From the sequence record PV231353.1: a stretch of DNA of 64,000 nucleotides; one strand, given 5' to 3'. Each line of letters starts with the position of its first letter. The stretch's first letter is position 1. The notes beneath the pieces are model-generated. The model was not told the DNA's origin. It searched no databases and was given only the letters and a program-made list of their open reading frames with translations. Shown one piece after another: positions 1 to 10,339 of the stretch. The position numbers and the translations under genes were made by a program.

Positions 1-3000
1 GGGCCGAACTGGGCAAGGAACTGGGCAAGGACTGGGGCAAGGCCCTGGACTACGCGGGCACGCGCCAGTCGATCGTCAACGGCGCCCTGAAGTCGGCGGC
101 CGGCGACAGCGCCACCCCGCAGGGAGCCTCCGACAAATTGACCGAGGCGGCCCTGGCGCAGATGAAGGCCGCCGACCAGCAGGCCCTCGCCGCCGCCGAC
201 CTGAAGGACGCCACGGCGAACTTCAAGAAGGACCTGGAGCCGCTCAACTTCAACGACCTCTTCAAGCGCGCCTCGGCCCTGGCTGATGGTAGCTTCGCAC
301 GCACCGCCGCCGCGTCCAAGCCGGGCGGCGTGATGGCGTCGCCGGCCGTGGCGACCCAACAGACCGCCGCCACCATCAAGACCGTCATGGCCTCGATGGG
401 CGATCGCGTGTACGCGACGGCTGGTCAGCACCTCGGACAGACCGAGGCCAAGGATGCGGCGTCGCTGCAAGCCTACTTCAAGGCCAACGGCGTCACCATC
501 GACCCCAAGAAGCTCTCCTGGTGCGCGGCCTTCGTCAACGCGGTCCTGGCCCAGAACGGGCTCTCGGGCTCGGGCTCGCTGGCGGCTTCGTCCTTCAAGG
601 ACTATGGCGACGAGGTCTCGCGCACTGACGCCCGCAAGGGCGACATCGTCGTCCTCAAGCCCCAGGCGGCGGGCGCCACCGGTCACGTCGGCTTCCTCGA
701 CGGCTTTGACCGTCACGGCAACGTGCGCGTCCTGGGCGGCAACCAAGGCGCGGCCGGCGGCGGCGGCGTCAACGTCTCGACCTTCGCCTCCAATCAGGTC
801 GTCTCCTTCCGTCGCACGGGCAGCGGCGGGGCCTCCAACTTCCAGGGCGGCGGCATCACCGAGGCCCAGGGCGAAGAAGGCGGTTCGCTGTACGAACGTC
901 GGATGAATATGGTCAAGGCGCTTGGCACGATCACGGGCCAAGCCTCGCCTGCTGCCGACGCCATTTCTGAGTATCAATCGTCTCTCGAAAAGCTCCGTGA
1001 CGTCCTGGTGTTCGAAGAAGGACTGGCTAAGAAGGTGGGTCCGGAGTTCCAGTCCATCTTCAACGCCAAGGTCCTGGAAGAGACGGTCGCCGCCCAGAAG
1101 AAGTGGAACCGCTCGATCGTCGAGGCGCTCAACCCGATCGCCAAGGAATCCCGGACCCTGGCCGAGGCCAACGACGTTCTGCAACTGCGCGCCAAGGGCC
1201 TGTCGCAGGAAGCCGACTGGCAAGAGCGCCTGACCGAACTGCGCAACTCCGGCATCAATGTCGACCTGATGCAGGACGAGGCCAAGTGGACCCAGTACCT
1301 GAACGAGTTGAAGAAGCAGGGCCTGGAGATCGACGTCAAGGCCCTGCAACTGAAGCCGGACGAACTGCGCTACCAGCAGGGCCGCGCCGAGGCGCTCCAG
1401 GCTGAACTCGACCTGACCAAGGCGCTGAACGACGCCAAGCTGGCGGGCATCGCCCGCACCGGTTCCAGCTATGACCGCACCCTGTCGGGCCTCGTCGCCG
1501 GCAAGGGCCGCGACGGCGAGACGCTCGACCAGACCCGTCAGCGTCTGGCGGGCTCGGTCGGCAGCGACGGCCGCAGCGCGCTGGAAGCCCTGCAAGAGCA
1601 GGCCGGCGTGATGGAAGGCTCGCGCATGGCCGACGTCAAGGCCAGCATGCAGTCGCAGCTTGAGATCATGCGCGAGAGCGCGCGCCTCAACAACACCCAG
1701 CGCGGCATCTACGACGACTACCGCAATATCCTGGGCGAACTGCTGAACAAGCAGGGCGCCTCGCTGAAGGAATTGCTGGACTCGGCCGACGAGGAGACCA
1801 AGCGTCTCGCCCAGTCGTTCGTCCGCGCCAAGGCGGACTTCGAAAACCCGCCCGGCTTCCAGAAGTGGGCCGACTCCCTGGAGCCGCTGGACAAGCGCCT
1901 CCAGGACATCAAGGCCAACTTCCTCGACAACTTCTCCGGCGGCATCACCGATGCGCTGCTGGGTGAGAAGGTCGACTGGAAGGCGATGCTGCACGATACC
2001 TTCAAGCAGATGCTGCGCGCCCAGGTCGATGAGGGTCTGAAGAGCCTCACCTACAAGCTGCTCGGCCAAGGTGGCGACCAGGGCGCGGCCCAAACCCCCG
2101 AAGCCCAGGCGCTAGTCTCGGCGGCCGATGTCCAATTGCAAGCCGGCAACAGCCTGCAACAAGCCGCCGCCAGCCTGATGCAGGCGGCTCAGACCACCGC
2201 GACCGCCGGCGCGGGCGGCGGCCTGGGCGTGATGACGGGCGGACCCGCGATGGGCGGCCTGGGCGGTCTCCTGGGCGGTGGCGGCGCCATGGGTGGCGGT
2301 GGCGGCCTCGGCGCGCTCGCCGGCGTCCTGGGCGGCGGCGATGGCACGGCGACCAACCCCTTCTCGATCGCCGACTCGATCCTCTCGCCGCTGGTCGTCG
2401 ACCAAACGGGCGGACCGGGCTTCCAGGCGGCGGGCGCGGCGCTCCAGGGGCTGAACATCACCCCGCCGGGTGGCGGCGGCTTCCTGTCGGGCCTGGGCTC
2501 GATGTTCCAAGGCGGCCTGGGCTCGATGCTGCAAGGCGCCCTGAGCTTCGCCGGTCCGCTGCTGGGCGGCCTGCTGACGGGCGGCAAGAAGAGCCCCAAG
2601 ACGCCGGCGAGCTACCGCATGCCGGGCGGCGTCATCGGTCAGGCGAGCACCAACAGCGTCTCGGGCCGCGTGGTTGGCCCCAAGCAAAACCTGATCGGCT
2701 CTCTGGCGAACCTGGGCTTCCAGTTGTTCGCGGGCGGCATGGGCGGCGGCGGCGGCCTGATGAGCATGTTCGGCATGGGCGGCGCTGGCGGCGCGGGAAG
2801 CTTCATTGGCTTCAAGGAAGGCGGCCTGACGGGCGCGCCGGTCAACCGTTATACCGTCTCCTCGCTGGGCTCGATGTTCGCCAACGCTCCGCACTATGCC
2901 GAGGGCACCAGCAACACCAAGCTGGCCAATGGCGGCATGCCGGCGATCGTCCACCCGGACGAGGCGGTGATCCCGCTGTCGCGTGGCCGCAACGTCCCGG

Positions 3001-3167
3001 TGGAACTGAAGGGCGCCGGCGGCGGAAGCTCGACCACCGTGGTCTCGCCGATCACCGTCTACGCCAACGACGTCGACAGCTTCCGCCCGGCCCAGGCGCA
3101 GATCGCCCGCAAGCAGAACCGCACCCTGCGCCGCGCGGCCTTGCGCAACGCCTCGATGGTCAACTAG
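1..3167 (+). CDS. Tail tape measure protein, 3' part (5'-truncated by window), with embedded CHAP/TIGR02594-like peptidoglycan hydrolase domain
   Basis: Frame open from position 3. Ala/Gly/Leu-rich helical sequence with typical C-terminal 'GFKEGG...HYAEG...AIVHPDEAVIPL' segment; internal 'SWCAAFVN...GDIVV...GHVGF...LGGNQ' motif; lies directly upstream of distal tail gene. Confidence 0.9.
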   Translation, partial: AELGKELGKDWGKALDYAGTRQSIVNGALKSAAGDSATPQGASDKLTEAALAQMKAADQQALAAADLKDATANFKKDLEPLNFNDLFKRASALADGSFARTAAASKPGGVMASPAVATQQTAATIKTVMASMGDRVYATAGQHLGQTEAKDAASLQAYFKANGVTIDPKKLSWCAAFVNAVLAQNGLSGSGSLAASSFKDYGDEVSRTDARKGDIVVLKPQAAGATGHVGFLDGFDRHGNVRVLGGNQGAAGGGGVNVSTFASNQVVSFRRTGSGGASNFQGGGITEAQGEEGGSLYERRMNMVKALGTITGQASPAADAISEYQSSLEKLRDVLVFEEGLAKKVGPEFQSIFNAKVLEETVAAQKKWNRSIVEALNPIAKESRTLAEANDVLQLRAKGLSQEADWQERLTELRNSGINVDLMQDEAKWTQYLNELKKQGLEIDVKALQLKPDELRYQQGRAEALQAELDLTKALNDAKLAGIARTGSSYDRTLSGLVAGKGRDGETLDQTRQRLAGSVGSDGRSALEALQEQAGVMEGSRMADVKASMQSQLEIMRESARLNNTQRGIYDDYRNILGELLNKQGASLKELLDSADEETKRLAQSFVRAKADFENPPGFQKWADSLEPLDKRLQDIKANFLDNFSGGITDALLGEKVDWKAMLHDTFKQMLRAQVDEGLKSLTYKLLGQGGDQGAAQTPEAQALVSAADVQLQAGNSLQQAAASLMQAAQTTATAGAGGGLGVMTGGPAMGGLGGLLGGGGAMGGGGGLGALAGVLGGGDGTATNPFSIADSILSPLVVDQTGGPGFQAAGAALQGLNITPPGGGGFLSGLGSMFQGGLGSMLQGALSFAGPLLGGLLTGGKKSPKTPASYRMPGGVIGQASTNSVSGRVVGPKQNLIGSLANLGFQLFAGGMGGGGGLMSMFGMGGAGGAGSFIGFKEGGLTGAPVNRYTVSSLGSMFANAPHYAEGTSNTKLANGGMPAIVHPDEAVIPLSRGRNVPVELKGAGGGSSTTVVSPITVYANDVDSFRPAQAQIARKQNRTLRRAALRNASMVN

Positions 3168-3250
3168 CTGTCACCCACGACAGTCGTGAATCTTGACGTT
3201 CCTGGATGATCGTGGCATCCAGGGACACCTCCTTTCATGGTTAATGCCCG

Positions 3251-3901
3251 ATGCCGAGCTTCCACGACGTCCTGTTCCCCGAGACCATCAGCTACGGCTC
3301 GTCCGGTGGTCCGAAGTTCAAGACCACGATCTTCCAGGCCGACAGCGGCTTTGAGCAGCGCAACAAGGACTGGAGCGACATCCGCTGCGAGTACGATGTC
3401 GCCCAGTCGATCCGCTCGACCGAGGACATGGACGAGCTTCGCGCCTTCTTCATGGCCCGCAACGGCCGCGCCCACGGTTTCCGCTACAAGGACTGGGGCG
3501 ACTTCCGCCTCAAGAACCAGTTGATCGGCGTCGGCGACGGCGTCACCAAGGTCTTCCAGATCGTCAAGACCTATACCAGCGTCGCCCACGACGGCACCGA
3601 GTACACCTACACCCGCACGATCCGCAAGCCCAAGTGGGACTCGATCGCCGGCGTCAAGGTCGGCGCCGTGGTTCAGGTCGCCCCGACCAACTACGAGGTC
3701 GACTATTCGACCGGCCTGATGACCTTCGTCACCGCGCCGCCGGCCGACGCCCCGGTCACCATTGGCCTGGGCGAGTTCCACGTCCCCGTCCGCTTCGACA
3801 CCGACTTCATGGACGTCACCCAGGAGTTCTGGATGCGCGAGACGTGGCCCAACATCCCGATCGTCGAAATCCGTGACTGGCAAGAGGCCCTGACGCCGTG
3901 A
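3251..3901 (+). CDS. Distal tail protein (DUF2460/TIGR02217, GTA-like)
   Basis: 'FHDVLFP..ISYGSSGGP.F.T.I...SG.EQRN..W' and 'VPVRFDTD' motifs; synteny. Confidence 0.9.
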   Translation: MPSFHDVLFPETISYGSSGGPKFKTTIFQADSGFEQRNKDWSDIRCEYDVAQSIRSTEDMDELRAFFMARNGRAHGFRYKDWGDFRLKNQLIGVGDGVTKVFQIVKTYTSVAHDGTEYTYTRTIRKPKWDSIAGVKVGAVVQVAPTNYEVDYSTGLMTFVTAPPADAPVTIGLGEFHVPVRFDTDFMDVTQEFWMRETWPNIPIVEIRDWQEALTP

Positions 3902-5523
3902 AATCCGTCCCCGATGACCTGATGGCGCACCTCCAGGAGGAGGTGACCACGCTCGCGACGTGCATCACGATCGTGCGCCAGGACGGCAAGGCGTTCTTCA
4001 TGACCGACCACGATCGGCCGATCAAGTTCGAGAACCAGACCTACGTCCCCTACGACTCCTACCAGCGCACGTCGATCCTGATGTCGTCGGAACTGGAAGT
4101 CGACACCGCCGACATCACCGCCTTCCTGACCTCGAACGGGGTGACGCGCGACGACGTGGCCTCGGGCCTGTTCGACTACGCCGCGATCAAGGTCCAGTTG
4201 CTGAACTACGAGCGGCCCGAGGACGGGGCGATCCTGCTCCGCAAGGGCACGTTCGGCGAAGTGACCATGAACCAGGACGAGACCTTCTCGGCCGAAATCC
4301 GGGGCATGACCCAGGTCCTGACCTACCGGGTCGGGGAGACCTACGCGCCCGAGTGCCGGGCCGACCTGGGCGATCGCCGCTGCAAGATCGGCCTGATGCC
4401 TGAGGAGTGGCAGGCCAACAAATACTACGGCCTCGACGCCTGCGTGCTGGGCGAACTCGTCGCCCCTACGTCGTTCGTCAATCCCGTGGTCGTCAACGGC
4501 AACTTCGAGGACGGCGCCCTCAACGCCGTCGTCACCGCGCCGACGGGCTGGGTGGCCTATGGCGATCCGACCAGCCGCTGGGTCTACAAGCACGACTGGT
4601 ACAATCTGTCGCGCCCGCAGGTCGGCAACCAGTTCATCGCCGCCACCCGCACCTCGATCTCCGACAAGCAGGAAGTCGCGGGCATCTACCAGGACATCAA
4701 CCTCATTTCCGCCGGCGTGCCCGCCGCCGCGATCGACGGCGGCCTCTGCCGCGTGCGCTACAAGTCCTTCGCCGCCTGCCTCAACAACCGCGCCCAGTCG
4801 CGCGAACGCCTGACCTGCATCAAGGCTGACGGCTCGGTGGAGACGATCTGGGACACCGGCGAGATCAAGTACCCCGAGGACCGCTGGATCGCGGTCAACG
4901 CCGATGACATCCTGATCCCGGCCGGCACGCGTGTCCTGCGCATCGACCTGTGGTCCAAGAAACGCAGCGTCCACGAGGAGGGCGCGGCCTATGATGGGAT
5001 CAGCCTGTCGATCAACCTGCCGGCAGGCACCGCCGGCAACGCCCATGTCTATGGCGGGGTGATGTTCAAGTGCATCCAGGCGGGGATCAGCGGCGGCACC
5101 CAGCCGGCCTGGACTAACGAACTGGGCGCCACCTATACCGACGGCACGGTCATCTGGCAGTGCGTGGCCAACTACAAGAAGGTGGGCACGGTCGCCACGG
5201 TCGCCTCCAACAAGTCCTTCACCTCGACCGACATCACCGAGCCGGCCGGTCACTACGACGGCGGCGTGCTCTACTGGGAAACCGGCCGCAACGCCGGACG
5301 CGCCCAGGAGATCAAGACCTGGGCCGCCAACCTCTTCACGCTTTTCCAGCGCACCTACTATCCAATCACGGCGGGCGACCGCTTCGTGGTCTATCCCGGC
5401 TGCGACAAGCGCCGCGCCACCTGTGCCGACAAGTTCCACAATATCCACAATTTCCGCGCCGAGCCCGACGTGCCCGGTCAGGACATCTACTACCGCACGC
5501 CCAACGCTCCGGAGCAGGAATGA
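3898..5523 (+). CDS. Baseplate hub protein (DUF2163/BR0599-like) with large internal insertion
   Basis: N-terminal 'TLATC..I.R.DG...TDHD..I' and C-terminal 'GCDK...TC..KF.N..NFR.EP.VPG' motifs; GTGA overlap with upstream gene. Confidence 0.88.
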   Translation: MKSVPDDLMAHLQEEVTTLATCITIVRQDGKAFFMTDHDRPIKFENQTYVPYDSYQRTSILMSSELEVDTADITAFLTSNGVTRDDVASGLFDYAAIKVQLLNYERPEDGAILLRKGTFGEVTMNQDETFSAEIRGMTQVLTYRVGETYAPECRADLGDRRCKIGLMPEEWQANKYYGLDACVLGELVAPTSFVNPVVVNGNFEDGALNAVVTAPTGWVAYGDPTSRWVYKHDWYNLSRPQVGNQFIAATRTSISDKQEVAGIYQDINLISAGVPAAAIDGGLCRVRYKSFAACLNNRAQSRERLTCIKADGSVETIWDTGEIKYPEDRWIAVNADDILIPAGTRVLRIDLWSKKRSVHEEGAAYDGISLSINLPAGTAGNAHVYGGVMFKCIQAGISGGTQPAWTNELGATYTDGTVIWQCVANYKKVGTVATVASNKSFTSTDITEPAGHYDGGVLYWETGRNAGRAQEIKTWAANLFTLFQRTYYPITAGDRFVVYPGCDKRRATCADKFHNIHNFRAEPDVPGQDIYYRTPNAPEQE

Positions 5524-5945
5524 CCCGCGACGACATCGTGACCGAAGCGCGCCGCTATGTCGCGCTCCAAACCCCCTGGCGCCATCGAGGCCGCACCGAA
5601 CGCGGCCTCGACTGCATCGGGCTGGCCGTCATGATCTTCGAAAAGTTCAACCTGGAGTATATGGACCAGGACGGCTACGCGCGCACGCCCGACGGTGAGA
5701 AGTTCGTCGACGTGATCCGCCAGCACATGACCCTGGCCGATCCGACCGCGCTCAAGCCGGGCATGCTGCTGTTGTTCAACGACGATGCCCGGCCCTGTCA
5801 TGTCGGCATCCTGGCGCGCCAGCACGGGCGCCTGACCCTGATCCACGCGACCGCCGACAAGAAGCGGACGGTCGAGGAAGTCTATGACCGCCGCTATGCC
5901 GCCCGGTTCCGCATGGCCTTCGATTTTCCCGGCGTTGAGGACTAA
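5520..5945 (+). CDS. NlpC/P60 family tail-associated peptidase
   Basis: ATG at 5520 overlaps previous TGA; 'TPWRHRGR...GLDCIGL' and 'HVGI...LIHA' Cys/His motifs. Confidence 0.9.
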   Translation: MTRDDIVTEARRYVALQTPWRHRGRTERGLDCIGLAVMIFEKFNLEYMDQDGYARTPDGEKFVDVIRQHMTLADPTALKPGMLLLFNDDARPCHVGILARQHGRLTLIHATADKKRTVEEVYDRRYAARFRMAFDFPGVED

Positions 5946-5947
5946 TC

Positions 5948-8900
5948 ATGGCCGCCGCCATTGCCCTTCCGATCGTCTCCGCCATCGTCAGCACGGCGAT
6001 CAGCTACGCCTTCCCGAGCGATGGCCCGCGCCTGCGCGACACCAAGGTCTCGGCCTCGACCTACGGCAACGTGATCCCGGAAATCTACGGGACCGCGCGC
6101 GTCGGCGGCAACATGATCTGGTCCAAGCCGTTCACCGAGAAGAAGAAGAAGAAGCGGGCCGGCAAGGGCGGCTCCTACTACAACGAATACACCTACTACT
6201 GCGACTTCGCCATGGCCTTCTGCCGGGGGCCGGTCAAGGAAGTGCGCCGCATCTGGGCCGACGGTAAGGTGATCTATGACACCACCGGCGGCTCGGAGGT
6301 GATCGACAACAACAAGTACCGCTTCCGCTTCTATCCCGGCGACGAGACGCAGCTTCCCGACAGCCTCATCGTCGAGGACAAGGGCGCCGATTACGCCCCC
6401 GCCTACCGGGGCCTCTGCTACGTCGTGTTCGACGACTTCGCCCTGGCCGATTTCGGCAACCGCATCCCGCAGATCATGGCCGAGGTCTATGCCGGAGACG
6501 AAGGCGGCGCGGCGATCACCGACATCGTCCCGCTGCCGAGTTCGCCGGTCACTGGTGGGTCCTATCAGCTTGGCCAGATGATGATCGACGCTGACCGGGG
6601 CTATTTCTACCTCGTCGATTCGGTGTCCAACCCGGCAGGCACCGTTCTGCGCCGCTTCCTGCTGGCGAACGGCAAGGAGGATCGGCGCGAAATCGTCTCG
6701 ATCCCGCAGACCCAGTTCCCGCCCTCGGTCTATGACAGCCCCGATCTGACCTCGGTCCGGGCCGTCACTTCCAAGGGCGAGCTTCTCTGCGTCTTCGGCG
6801 GGGTCAACAACTACATGCGGATCGAGAAGCTCGATCCCTATTCCTGGCAGTCGCTGGGGACGATCGGCCGCAGCTATCCCTTCGCGGGCACGCCCGAAAA
6901 CAGCCTGGAGCACTCCAACACCAACTTCGAGATTTCGCGGGACGAGAAGGGCAACTATCTCTGCCTGACGCTCGGGGTGTTTGGTGAGTACAACATCTTC
7001 GATCCCTCCGACATGTCGTTCAAGGCTAAGGGCGAAATGGCGGGCTGGGGTGGTCCGGGCACGCCGATGTACATCTGCGCCCGCCAGGGCGGCTCGGCGG
7101 CCTCCCGCCGCTTCTACCACGTCACCTATACGGGCGGGGCGTCCTTGCAGGTGTGCAGCCTGAACGAGGTGCTCTACAATCATCCGCTTGATCATCCTGG
7201 AGATTCCCAGACCGCGACGTCCTGGGCCTTCTGGGACGAGGGCGATCCGGGGGTGGTCTTCTTCTATTCCGACGGCCCCAACCGCTACATCGCCAAGTGG
7301 TCCGAATCCACCGGCGTGCTGGCCTGGAAGACCCAGCTTCGCAACTCCGATCCGTTCTGCGGCTATGGGGTCTATGGCCTGCGCGCCCGGATCAAGGACA
7401 ACGAGTTCCACTGGGTCTACAACAAGCACCTGTTCTCGATCAACACCGCCACGGGGCAGTGGATCGACCGGACCTTCGACCAGGACTTCTACAAGAGCGA
7501 CAACGACAAGACCGCCGAACAGGTCAACGACGGCGACAAGGGCCTGCTGCTGCCGCGCGACATCTCCGAGGACTATGTCATCTACGATCCGCGCCGCAAC
7601 ATCGTGATTTGCGTCGGACAGATTCAGGGCCAAAACGGCATCGTCCACGTCGGCGGCTATACGGGCGGCAAGACCTCGGTGGGGGCCATTGTCGAGCGTC
7701 TTCTGGTCTCGACGGGGCAGATGACCTCGAACGACTACGACCTGACGCCGCTCTACGACATCCCGGTCTACGGGTACGGCTACGCCTCCTCGACCGACAT
7801 CAAGTCGATCATCGCCGAACTGCGCAACCTCTTCATGTTCGACCTCGTCGAAAGCGACGGTCGACTGGTCGCGCGCGTGCGCGGCGATCAGGACCCTGAC
7901 GCCGAGGTGCCCTGGAAGCTCCTGGGCTCCCAGAGCGGCCCGACCCCGGACAAGGCCGACTACTGGAAAGAGACCCGGATGTCGGAGTCCGATCTTCCGG
8001 CCTCGATCGACCTGACCTATTCGAACATCGACGACGATTACAACCCGTCGACGGCCAAGTCCAAGCGGATCGCCTCGCCGGTGGCGACCATGCTGTCGCG
8101 CCAGCAGGTCAAGGCCGAGTGCAACCTCGTCATGGACGCGACCGAGGCCAAAAACCGCGTCAACATCATGCTCTACACCCAGTGGGAGGAGCGCACGCAG
8201 CACCAGACGGCCCTTCCCTGGCTCTACGCCAATCTCGACGCCTCGGACCTGATCTCGGTGACCATGGAGGACGGCCGCAACTACTTCGAGCGGATCGGCT
8301 CGATCGAGTTCGGCGCCGACTTCTCCTCGCGTCTGGAAACCTACGGCACCGACAGCGGCGCCTACCTTTCGGACAAGACCGGCGACGGCGGCGGCGCTGG
8401 GCGGCCCACGGTCGTGCCGGCCCCCAAGCCGGTGGTGGGCTTCATCCTCAACACCCCGTTGCTGCGCGATACCCACGACAGCGGCGGCAACTTCTCCAAC
8501 TGGTATAGCGCCATCGGCGCCGGCGCGCCGGGCGTGTTCCTCGGCGGCACGATGTTCAAGTCCGCCAATTCGCAGGACTACGTTGATCTCTACCAGGAGC
8601 CGGAGAGCGCCGAGTGGGGCACCGTGATGGGTGTCGTGCCCTCGCCCTCGCACGGCTGGTTCGCGCTCGACTGGGAGACGCGCATCACCATCACGCCGGC
8701 GGTCGACTTCTTCGAACTGGAATCGATCACCGACGACGAGCTTTGGGAAGGCCTCAACCTCGTGATGATCGGCGACGAGGTCCTCCAGTTCCGCGACGCG
8801 GTGCAGAACGCCGACGGCACCTGGACGATCTGGAATCTGCTGCGCGGGCGCCGGGGCACGCAATATGCCTGCGACAATCACAAGGCCGGCGAGCGCTTCC

Positions 8901-9424
8901 TGTTCCTCGACGAGCGCTCGATCGAGTTCCAGGCCGAGAACCTCGACACCTCGGGCCAGAACCGCTGGTATAAGGCCGTCGGCTCGGGCATGTCGCTGTT
9001 CGAGACCGATCCGATCCAGATCAACTACCAGCCCCGCGACCTCATGCCCTACCGCCCGGCCGACATCCGTCGGGCGGTCGCGGGCGGCGACGTCACCGTG
9101 ACCTGGAAGCGCCGCACGCGCTTCACGGCCACGCTCAAGGATGGCACCGGCGAAGTCAGCCTCAACGAAGGCGCCGAAGCCTACGAGGCCTATGTGCTCG
9201 CCGCACCGTACTCGGGCGACCTGTCGCGTCAGGACGCGCCGGCCGTCTACCGCCGCAAATACACCCTGACGAGTCCGAGCTTCACCTACACGGCGGCCGA
9301 GCAGGCGGCCGACGGATTTGACGTGAATCTTGACACTCTGCACGTGGTGATCTATCAGTTGAGTTCGGTTGTTGGTCGGGGTTTCCCCGGCGCGCGCTCG
9401 ATTGAGTCCTGGCAGGACTTCTAA
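5948..9424 (+). CDS. Central tail fibre / host-specificity protein (GTA megatron-like)
   Basis: 'STYG..IP..YGT.R..GN.IW', 'PAYRG..Y.VF....L..FGNRIP', 'LLRGRRGT' motifs; synteny. Confidence 0.88.
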   Translation: MAAAIALPIVSAIVSTAISYAFPSDGPRLRDTKVSASTYGNVIPEIYGTARVGGNMIWSKPFTEKKKKKRAGKGGSYYNEYTYYCDFAMAFCRGPVKEVRRIWADGKVIYDTTGGSEVIDNNKYRFRFYPGDETQLPDSLIVEDKGADYAPAYRGLCYVVFDDFALADFGNRIPQIMAEVYAGDEGGAAITDIVPLPSSPVTGGSYQLGQMMIDADRGYFYLVDSVSNPAGTVLRRFLLANGKEDRREIVSIPQTQFPPSVYDSPDLTSVRAVTSKGELLCVFGGVNNYMRIEKLDPYSWQSLGTIGRSYPFAGTPENSLEHSNTNFEISRDEKGNYLCLTLGVFGEYNIFDPSDMSFKAKGEMAGWGGPGTPMYICARQGGSAASRRFYHVTYTGGASLQVCSLNEVLYNHPLDHPGDSQTATSWAFWDEGDPGVVFFYSDGPNRYIAKWSESTGVLAWKTQLRNSDPFCGYGVYGLRARIKDNEFHWVYNKHLFSINTATGQWIDRTFDQDFYKSDNDKTAEQVNDGDKGLLLPRDISEDYVIYDPRRNIVICVGQIQGQNGIVHVGGYTGGKTSVGAIVERLLVSTGQMTSNDYDLTPLYDIPVYGYGYASSTDIKSIIAELRNLFMFDLVESDGRLVARVRGDQDPDAEVPWKLLGSQSGPTPDKADYWKETRMSESDLPASIDLTYSNIDDDYNPSTAKSKRIASPVATMLSRQQVKAECNLVMDATEAKNRVNIMLYTQWEERTQHQTALPWLYANLDASDLISVTMEDGRNYFERIGSIEFGADFSSRLETYGTDSGAYLSDKTGDGGGAGRPTVVPAPKPVVGFILNTPLLRDTHDSGGNFSNWYSAIGAGAPGVFLGGTMFKSANSQDYVDLYQEPESAEWGTVMGVVPSPSHGWFALDWETRITITPAVDFFELESITDDELWEGLNLVMIGDEVLQFRDAVQNADGTWTIWNLLRGRRGTQYACDNHKAGERFLFLDERSIEFQAENLDTSGQNRWYKAVGSGMSLFETDPIQINYQPRDLMPYRPADIRRAVAGGDVTVTWKRRTRFTATLKDGTGEVSLNEGAEAYEAYVLAAPYSGDLSRQDAPAVYRRKYTLTSPSFTYTAAEQAADGFDVNLDTLHVVIYQLSSVVGRGFPGARSIESWQDF

Positions 9425-9496
9425 GCCCCCTTTCCACAATCCCGCGATCCCGGCCTGGGCGCCGGGATCGTCCCTTGTCATAAAAGTCGTGGAACG

Positions 9497-10339
9497 ATGA
9501 GCAATACGCCGATCCTGAGCATCCCCCAGGTTGCCCCCAACCAGAACCAAAAAGAAGACACGATCAACACGGGTCTGGCGATCCTGGAGGCGGCCCAGAA
9601 CGACGACATCCAACTGACGGTGTCGTCCGGCACCTACAATATCACCACCGTCCAGTTTACCCGCGCCTTCCTGCATCGCTATTCGGGCCATACCGACGCC
9701 ACGGTCGTGGCGGTTGTCCCCACCACCCCGCGCTGGTTCGCCGTCGCCAACGAAGGTGGCTTCGCGATGGGCCTGAAGGTCTTCGGGCAAACCCCGGTGA
9801 CGACGATCCAGCCGGGCAAGATCGTCCTCTTCCAGTCCGACGGGACCACGCTGCGGGCGGTCTCCGAGGGGGTCAGCCGCATCTTCGACCTCTCCGACGT
9901 CGATGGCTCCGACACGCCGTCCGACGGGCAGGTCCTGGTCTGGAGCACCACGACCAGTCGGTTCGAGCCGGCCGATCTGCCGGCCGACGTCGACTTCTGG
10001 ACGACAGGGGTGACCCCCAACGACGGGGTCGTCCTGCGCAAGCTCTTCCTGCGTCCGGTGCGATTCCTGGCCAACTTCCTGGGCTCGGTCGCCAAGGCCG
10101 GCGTCGCGGCGACCGCCAGCACCGTCTTCACGGTCAAGAAGACCACCGGCGTCACCACCACCACGGTTGGGACCATCACCTTCACGGGCTCTTCGGCCGC
10201 CTTCTCCACGGACCAGGGCAGCGGCGCGGTCACCGTCAACTTCGGGGCCGGCGACATCATGACCATCACCGGCCCGGCCTCCGCCGACGCCACCCTCGCT
10301 GACATCGTCGCTTCGCTCAAGGGCGTCATCCTGCAATGA
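9497..10339 (+). CDS. Tail fibre-associated protein (DUF2793-like N-terminus)
   Basis: 'TP.L..P.VA.NQNQKE.TIN..L..LE' N-terminus, shared with the next gene. Confidence 0.7.
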   Translation: MSNTPILSIPQVAPNQNQKEDTINTGLAILEAAQNDDIQLTVSSGTYNITTVQFTRAFLHRYSGHTDATVVAVVPTTPRWFAVANEGGFAMGLKVFGQTPVTTIQPGKIVLFQSDGTTLRAVSEGVSRIFDLSDVDGSDTPSDGQVLVWSTTTSRFEPADLPADVDFWTTGVTPNDGVVLRKLFLRPVRFLANFLGSVAKAGVAATASTVFTVKKTTGVTTTTVGTITFTGSSAAFSTDQGSGAVTVNFGAGDIMTITGPASADATLADIVASLKGVILQ

